From positions 1 to 64,000 of the IMG/VR virus record IMGVR_UViG_3300017917_004441: 64,000 nucleotides of DNA; one strand, given 5' to 3'. Under the pieces are notes generated by a model that was not told where the DNA came from, did not search any database, and worked only from the letters and a program-made list of their open reading frames with translations. Positions 57,906 to 64,000 of this stretch are shown here, one piece after another. The translations under genes and the position numbers were made by a program. The number at the start of each line of letters is the position of its first letter. Position 1 is the first letter of the stretch. This DNA comes from a virus.

Positions 57906-58655
57906 ATGGAAAATGATGTAAAAATGTACGGACAACAAGATTTTTCACTTCCACACGATGTGGTGAAACTTCCGTCTGAAGGAAAATTTTATAAGAATAA
58001 AAAGAAGAGTGTCAAAGTCGGATACCTCACAGCTGCGGATGAAAACATCATTATGGCGGCAAAAGCTGAAGATATGATTATGACACTCCTTAGAGCAAAG
58101 GTCTACGAACCTGACCTTCGTCCCGATGATATGTTGAATGGAGACATTGAGGCAATCCTCATTTTCTTGAGAAACACATCATTTGGTTCTGAATACAAAA
58201 TTCAAGTAACCGACCCCGAGACAGGGAAAAGATTTGCAAGTGAAATCCAATTGGATGAGTTGGATATCAAAAGAGGAGAAGTAGAACCTCAAGAAGATGG
58301 TACATTTTTGGTTGAGTTACCAAAGTCAGGTGTCCAAGTAAAAATTCGTCCTCTAACCTATAAGGAGATTATGGAGATTAACAAACAGGCTGAATCATAT
58401 CCTGTTGGAAGAGTTGCACCAAAAGTAACTTGGAAACTTCAAAAACAAATTGTCTCTGTCGGTGGTGATGAAAACCCATCAACAATTGTCAAATTTATTG
58501 AGGGTCTACCCATAATGGATTCAAAATTCATCCGAAACTTTTTGGATGCCAACGAACCAAGATTGGATCTAAGAAGATCTGTAACCGCCCCGTCAGGAGA
58601 AAGAGTGACCGTTGATGTCACTTTCGGGGCTGAATTTTTTCGCGTTTTCTTCTGA
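57906..58655 (+). CDS. Tail/baseplate assembly chaperone (T4 gp26-like)
   Basis: LPSEGKFY, LTAADE, GD..AILIFLR..SFG, LPKSG; located between tube and tape measure. Confidence 0.8.
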   Translation: MENDVKMYGQQDFSLPHDVVKLPSEGKFYKNKKKSVKVGYLTAADENIIMAAKAEDMIMTLLRAKVYEPDLRPDDMLNGDIEAILIFLRNTSFGSEYKIQVTDPETGKRFASEIQLDELDIKRGEVEPQEDGTFLVELPKSGVQVKIRPLTYKEIMEINKQAESYPVGRVAPKVTWKLQKQIVSVGGDENPSTIVKFIEGLPIMDSKFIRNFLDANEPRLDLRRSVTAPSGERVTVDVTFGAEFFRVFF

Positions 58656-58794
58656 TTATTCCAAGTACCAATTAGACGAATTCTTTGTCTTGGCAAAACA
58701 ATTGGGTATTTCGTGGACGGAATACCACAAAATACCGACATATGCTCGGAGATATTTGATTGACAAAGTTTTGGAGACAACTAAAAAAGATTGA
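58636..58794 (+). CDS. Probable frameshift extension (gpGT-like) of the tail assembly chaperone
   Basis: Overlapping +1 frame FAFSSDYSKYQLDEFFVLAKQLGISWTEYHKIPTYARRYLID; TTTTTTCG slippery site. Confidence 0.7.
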   Translation, partial: FFAFSSDYSKYQLDEFFVLAKQLGISWTEYHKIPTYARRYLIDKVLETTKKD

Positions 58795-58826
58795 TGATTC
58801 TATTTATTAGAATCAGATAAGATCGC

Positions 58827-60662
58827 ATGCAAGCACCAAATCCGAACCCAAATCCTACACCAAACCAAAACCCTAGTCAGATTGCTCAAATTGTTGAGAA
58901 GTTAAGACAGGGTGTTGAGGATGCCTTTTCCACATTGAGTGCCCGTACAGTTGAATTGGAGAGGGACTTTACGACTTTTAATGCAAAGTTTGCCGGTGAA
59001 ATAGGACAAACACAAAAAGCAATTATCGGATTACGCGAGGAGATTGCTGTTGCTACACCTGGTATATCGGGTTTGGGTGGTGATTTACAAGATGTGTTGA
59101 ATATTGAGTTATCAATAGCTCGAGCCTTAGGTACAAACATTATCACATTAGGTGAGACAGTAGAAGACCTGTTCGTGGCGGGTAAAGCTGTTGGTGTTGC
59201 CTCTGATGAAGTTGGTGCCATGGTTGGATACTTCAAAGATGCGGGTATTGAAGCCGGTCTTCTAAGAGACAGAATCCAAGAGACTGTGGATATTTCACGA
59301 AGTATTGGTGTCAACACCACCGCGGTTTTTGAACTCGTACAGAAAAATTTAGGACAACTAAATGAATACGGATTTGAAAACGGTGTTGCGGGATTATCAT
59401 CTATGGCAGCAAAAGCGGTAATGATGAGAACCGACATGAGTAGAATATTCACGTTTGCTGAAAGAGTATTCTCCCCCGACAGTGCCATCAACACCGTTGC
59501 CGCATTCCAGAGGTTAGGAGTGGCTGTTGGTGATTTAGCGGATCCGTTCAGATTGATGTATTTGGCATCCGAAGACGTAGGTGAACTACAGAATCAGGTA
59601 ATCAAGATGACATCAACGATGACATACTTTGACGAGAAAACAAAAGAATTCAAAGTATTCCCAAATGCTAAGAGAGATCTTCGTGAAATCGCTCAAGAAA
59701 CTGGACTTGCTTATGACGATTTGGTGAAGTTCTCAATAGGACAACAAAAACTCAACATGATTGCCAAGGATTTCAGAATTCAAGGTATTGATGAAGAGTC
59801 AAAAATGTTTATCTCAAACTTAGCGACCTACAGTAAAGATAGAGGAGGTTTTGTTGTCAAGATCGGAAAGGATGAAAAACTTGTCACGGAACTTACACAA
59901 GCCGATATTGACCAATTACAACAAGAACCTGTTACTTTGGAGGAACTTGCTAAAGCATCTCTTACTGAGGACGAACTACAAACCGCTTTATTACAACAGT
60001 TGGTGGATACATTTGCAGCCCCAACCGCGGCTTCAAGACTTGCCACTGACCCAAGAGAAGTTGCTCGTGGGATAATGATGGGGGTAAGTACTACAATGGA
60101 TACTGCCATCGGAAACCAAAGAGCTGGTATTGATGCAGTGAACAAATTTGTTGAAAATTCATCCAAAAGTATTATGGACTTATTGAGTGGAGAGGGATCT
60201 CTTTCAGAGTTGTCCCAAGTAATTGGTAAAACCACGATGGATATTGAAGGTGGTTTTACAAGAATTGCTGACACAATAACTAATATGAATTTGGGTGAAG
60301 TTGTGTCTAAGTATACCTCATCAGGAAACATCATTTATGAAGGTGCTGTAAAAGCCTACGAAGGGTTGAATAATCTATATCAAAAGGTAAATAATTTTAC
60401 AGTTGATAATGTAATTACACCAACTGAAAAATTACAAGCGGCACCCACAAAAACTGTAGTAGAATTTGCCGATGTCAAATATCAAGGTAATTTGAATGTT
60501 GTATTATCAACTCCGACAGGAACACCACAGGCAGTTGCCATCACAGATCAGATGGCATATGACTTATTCCAAAACCCGACATTCCAAAAACAAAACCAAG
60601 CCGCAATACAACAAGCATTAGCACAAAACAATTATGCGGCATTACCCAACACAGCGTCATAA
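58827..60662 (+). CDS. Tape measure protein
   Basis: Helical Ala/Gly-rich 611 aa directly after the chaperone pair; late motif at 58801-58808. Confidence 0.75.
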   Translation: MQAPNPNPNPTPNQNPSQIAQIVEKLRQGVEDAFSTLSARTVELERDFTTFNAKFAGEIGQTQKAIIGLREEIAVATPGISGLGGDLQDVLNIELSIARALGTNIITLGETVEDLFVAGKAVGVASDEVGAMVGYFKDAGIEAGLLRDRIQETVDISRSIGVNTTAVFELVQKNLGQLNEYGFENGVAGLSSMAAKAVMMRTDMSRIFTFAERVFSPDSAINTVAAFQRLGVAVGDLADPFRLMYLASEDVGELQNQVIKMTSTMTYFDEKTKEFKVFPNAKRDLREIAQETGLAYDDLVKFSIGQQKLNMIAKDFRIQGIDEESKMFISNLATYSKDRGGFVVKIGKDEKLVTELTQADIDQLQQEPVTLEELAKASLTEDELQTALLQQLVDTFAAPTAASRLATDPREVARGIMMGVSTTMDTAIGNQRAGIDAVNKFVENSSKSIMDLLSGEGSLSELSQVIGKTTMDIEGGFTRIADTITNMNLGEVVSKYTSSGNIIYEGAVKAYEGLNNLYQKVNNFTVDNVITPTEKLQAAPTKTVVEFADVKYQGNLNVVLSTPTGTPQAVAITDQMAYDLFQNPTFQKQNQAAIQQALAQNNYAALPNTAS

Positions 60663-60705
60663 AAAAAAATATAACTTATCCTATTTATAGTAATAAGTAA
60701 AAAGG

Positions 60706-63700
60706 ATGCCAAGTAGCTTATCATTTCTAGCCACCAAAGCGATACGAGAAAAGTTATTGCTGAGAAACCTGAAGCCATACTCCAAACCTGGAGTATTCGC
60801 TCCACAGTCTCAGCCAGCTAGTGGTGAACTTATTCAGAACGATTATAACGTAATTGATTCACCTGATGTTCTGATTGACGCTAACCCATATGCTAATGTA
60901 TTGGGGGTAAAAAACGAGTTTGGACCTAATGGGGGTTATAACTTGGACATCTCAGGACTTATATCAACAGCACAAAACACTCCAAACCGAGGACCCTATG
61001 GTCCATATCCACCCTATACGGATGCCTTGGAAGTATATTCAACCACCTTCCAAAAAAGACAATACATCAAAAACGAGTATGTACCTCAATTTGGGTATCT
61101 AAGATATTACGAAATTGGTGACATTATCAAACCTCAAAGGAATCAAACCTATTGGGAGCCACCAAGTTTCAGACCTTCTATATACTCACCATACTCAATC
61201 TTGATCCAAGAAGACCCAGCCGGTGACGCTGGTGTTGTTTCCCAGGACTCCAGAATGATGCAGATTGCTGCCGAGAGAGCCAAGTACAGTTTCCAACAAA
61301 GAGTAAATCAGAATGTAAGAACCCAAACTATAGGTAGAGTAAACATTCTAAATGGTCTACAAGATCCAGTCAACTTGTCACAAATCCTTGCTGGACGTAG
61401 ACCAATCATTGATAGAGACTGGCAGATCACTACAGGTGGAGGAAATATCCTATCACAAGGACAGGATATTGTTCAAAGAATTGCGGGGTTCACTCTACCG
61501 TTCTCACCTATTCCTGGTGACTACTTTGAACAAGATAATCTACAAAGAGATTTTGATACTACACAATCTTTAGGTGCAGCCGAAGGAGGACTGGCGGCGA
61601 GAATTGTTGGAGGATTATTTGGACTTCGTGGATCAAGACCGAAGTCACCATCACAGGTATTCTTAGATTATACAGGTGCTGGACAAAGAGCACAGTTGAC
61701 ATCCAATTTGGACCTCAACAGATACCGTCCTCAATACAACACCGGTGGGACAGGAATTATTTCAGCACTCGGAAATGCCATCAGAGCGGCATTCGCTGCC
61801 GACAACGGGGCGGGATTCTACTATGTAGGAAGTCCCGAACGTGAACCACAATACTTGGTATCACCTCCTGGTGAAGTACCTATTGATCCATTTGGATCTC
61901 AAATTTTAGCACCTGTTTATGGGCCTGACGTTCTTGGTAAAGAATACGAAGGACCTGAACAAAATTTCCAATTTGGTTTAGCCGGTAGAGCATTTGAAGA
62001 CGATGGTAGTCTATCGGGTGGTTTTACATGGGTAAATGGTAAATGGGCTCCCAACTCAGGTAGAAGACAAAAACCTGGTGGGGATTACACAACCGAAGAT
62101 CCCGATTTCCAACTTATTGCTGGTCCATTTGAGGGTACACAGTCAATTAATTATGAATTCAAACCAGGATCCATACTGGATGATACCCAACGTCTTATTG
62201 ACTCTGTACCAAACACAGGAGCAAGATTCGGACATGTTGGTAACGCCATTGATCAAACATCCAAAGTATTCTTTGACGGTTACAAAGAAATCACCAAAGG
62301 TTCTCAAGTCATCAAATACACCGATGGACAAGAGAACGTTGGGATTGAATATTGTAGAGTCTTTACAAAAGATACTCCATATTACACATTCACTGACCTT
62401 CAGAAATACGAGGGTAACATCAGAAAGTTCAAATACTCAATTCTTGACTCTACATTCAATCTGAACATAACCCCAACCAAAGGGGAGGATTCTACAAACA
62501 TCATTGATGGACAAGTAACCAAATACATGTTCTCAATTGAAAACTTGGCTTGGAGAACAGGTAGTCGTCCTGGATTTAGATACAATGACCTTCCTGTGTG
62601 TGAGAAGGGACCAAACGGTGGTAGAATTATGTGGTTCCCACCATATGACCTTACATTCAGTGAGGATACAACTCCATCATTCAATGAGACGTCATTCTTG
62701 GGTAGACCCGAGCCAATTTACACTTACAAGTCAACACAAAGAAGTGGAACCCTAAAGTGGAAGATCATTGTGGACCACCCATCTATTTTGAATTTGATAG
62801 TACAGAAGGTGTTGGCTAACGAGGGGGACAGACCAAAAGTAGATTCTATTGTAAACTCATTCTTTGCGGGTTGTAAGAAGTACGACTTGTATGAATTAGC
62901 AAAAATTTATAACACGGTTCCACTCACTGAATTACAGGCTTGGCAAGAAGTTATCAATAACCCAAACACAACAAACGAACAGTATAAAGATGCGGTGAAT
63001 TTCTTACAGGGAAATGAAACTGTTGCTCCAACTGGTGGGGGAACGGGACCATCTTCATCTGAAGCGATTTCTGCTGATTTCTTGTCATCGTATGAAAAAA
63101 ATGGATTTTATTTTGATAATGATATTCCTGGCACAAACCCTAATTTGACGACATCAACAAGTTTTGAAGTATTCTATAATTCTTATACATCGGCGGCAAA
63201 CAAACAAGAATATCAGGCTAAAGCCATACAAAAAACTAATGTTGATTTATTTTTCCAAGACACCGTTGAGAGTAATTACACTCAAATTCAAGAACTTGGG
63301 AAAAAAATATATGATATTTTACAACAACCCCAAGCCTCAAAAGTTGTTATTGATTTAGTGGGTAGTGCTTCATCACCACAAGAAGTGGCTTACAATAAGA
63401 AACTTTCATCAAGAAGAATAAGTTCGGTAGAAAATTTCTTTAAGAGTTTTAATTTTCCTGGTGGTGTTTCCCTAAGTAAATTTATTTCGGAGGGTAAAGT
63501 TGTGTTTACTGCAAATCCACAAGGTGAACAAAGTACGGCAACACCAAGAGCAGGTACTACTGCTTTGGGACCATTTTCTTGTACAGAAAATCTTACTGGT
63601 GCAAACAAAATATATTCGGTTCAAGCCATGGCGTGTAGAGCGGTAATAATCAACAAGATTACTATTGAACCAATTGTAGAACAACCTACACCAAACAACG

Positions 63701-64000
63701 TTGGGGTAAATGCACAATTACAACAAGATGGTCAAAAACCACAACCAGTCAAACCAGGAACTGGTAATACACAAGCATTACAACAACCGACACAGTACCT
63801 ATACAAAGGGGCTTCTAAGAAGTTGTTGAGATATCTTTTAAGTGAATGTGATTACTTTGAGGTTATGAAAGCGTCAAATCCGTTTATTTACGACTCAATC
63901 AAAGAAAAAATCAAATACTTCCAACCATCATTCCACTCTATGACACCTGAGGGATTGAATTCAAGATTGACCTTTTTACAACAATGTACAAGACCTGGTG
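60706..64000 (+). CDS. Very large tail/baseplate protein (partial; missing from the ORF track) with tube-initiator-like segment and OmpA-like domain
   Basis: Frame 1 appears open from MPSSLSFLATK to the window end; RIMWFPPYDL...FLGRPEPIYTY...RSG; GSASSP...YNKKLSSRRISSV; late motif at 60682-60689. Confidence 0.8.
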   Translation, partial: MPSSLSFLATKAIREKLLLRNLKPYSKPGVFAPQSQPASGELIQNDYNVIDSPDVLIDANPYANVLGVKNEFGPNGGYNLDISGLISTAQNTPNRGPYGPYPPYTDALEVYSTTFQKRQYIKNEYVPQFGYLRYYEIGDIIKPQRNQTYWEPPSFRPSIYSPYSILIQEDPAGDAGVVSQDSRMMQIAAERAKYSFQQRVNQNVRTQTIGRVNILNGLQDPVNLSQILAGRRPIIDRDWQITTGGGNILSQGQDIVQRIAGFTLPFSPIPGDYFEQDNLQRDFDTTQSLGAAEGGLAARIVGGLFGLRGSRPKSPSQVFLDYTGAGQRAQLTSNLDLNRYRPQYNTGGTGIISALGNAIRAAFAADNGAGFYYVGSPEREPQYLVSPPGEVPIDPFGSQILAPVYGPDVLGKEYEGPEQNFQFGLAGRAFEDDGSLSGGFTWVNGKWAPNSGRRQKPGGDYTTEDPDFQLIAGPFEGTQSINYEFKPGSILDDTQRLIDSVPNTGARFGHVGNAIDQTSKVFFDGYKEITKGSQVIKYTDGQENVGIEYCRVFTKDTPYYTFTDLQKYEGNIRKFKYSILDSTFNLNITPTKGEDSTNIIDGQVTKYMFSIENLAWRTGSRPGFRYNDLPVCEKGPNGGRIMWFPPYDLTFSEDTTPSFNETSFLGRPEPIYTYKSTQRSGTLKWKIIVDHPSILNLIVQKVLANEGDRPKVDSIVNSFFAGCKKYDLYELAKIYNTVPLTELQAWQEVINNPNTTNEQYKDAVNFLQGNETVAPTGGGTGPSSSEAISADFLSSYEKNGFYFDNDIPGTNPNLTTSTSFEVFYNSYTSAANKQEYQAKAIQKTNVDLFFQDTVESNYTQIQELGKKIYDILQQPQASKVVIDLVGSASSPQEVAYNKKLSSRRISSVENFFKSFNFPGGVSLSKFISEGKVVFTANPQGEQSTATPRAGTTALGPFSCTENLTGANKIYSVQAMACRAVIINKITIEPIVEQPTPNNVGVNAQLQQDGQKPQPVKPGTGNTQALQQPTQYLYKGASKKLLRYLLSECDYFEVMKASNPFIYDSIKEKIKYFQPSFHSMTPEGLNSRLTFLQQCTRPG

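Noticed and set aside
58886-60334. Antisense ORFs of 202 and 168 aa within the tape measure gene
   Set aside because: They fully overlap a well-supported gene and have no recognisable motifs.
60920-63717. Several short ORFs listed in the track for the last 3 kb
   Set aside because: All lie inside the single long frame-1 ORF that starts at 60706.
1-64000. Alternative genetic code (TAG/TGA recoding as in some huge phages)
   Set aside because: Conserved genes are full length in the standard code, coding density is high, and TAG/TGA end genes at expected positions.
1-64000. Eukaryotic giant virus (NCLDV) origin suggested by collagen and PLOD-like genes
   Set aside because: The contractile tail sheath, tube, neck, gp23-like capsid, sigma factor and intrinsic terminators identify a tailed bacteriophage.

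Overview
This AT-rich, densely coding 64 kb window comes from a large (jumbo/huge) T4-like contractile-tailed bacteriophage. The host is probably Bacteroidota, because one gene has a TTTG-N19-TAnnTTTG promoter and most starts are A-rich with no Shine-Dalgarno. Structural genes: the end of the major capsid protein, neck (gp13/gp14-like), tail terminator, sheath, tube, a tail chaperone with a probable +1 frameshift extension, tape measure, a baseplate spike with an HxH tip, and a very large unannotated tail/baseplate ORF (60706 to the end) carrying an OmpA-like domain. Replication and transcription genes: family B DNA polymerase, SNF2 helicase, a gp55-like sigma factor and a matching TATTTAT(A) late-promoter motif. 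The most striking content is about 20 kb of glycan-building genes in two operons. These encode NDP-heptose-type kinase and nucleotidyltransferase, a GDP-mannose 3',5'-epimerase-like enzyme, GT2/GT4/GT31-like GTs, and a eukaryote-like protein O-glycosylation cassette (GT60, GT25 and two PLOD/LH3-type GT domains). The cassette sits next to Pro/Thr mucin-like virion proteins, and a Pro-free Gly-Ser/Thr collagen-like protein lies elsewhere in the window, together suggesting a phage-encoded virion glycosylation system. Several enzymes (an Mn-SOD/nuclease fusion, WYL, HAD) carry [LI]xE leaders or linkers typical of capsid-packaged, protease-processed cargo. No tRNA, rRNA or CRISPR array was seen. 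All family assignments come from motif recognition by eye, not from database searches.
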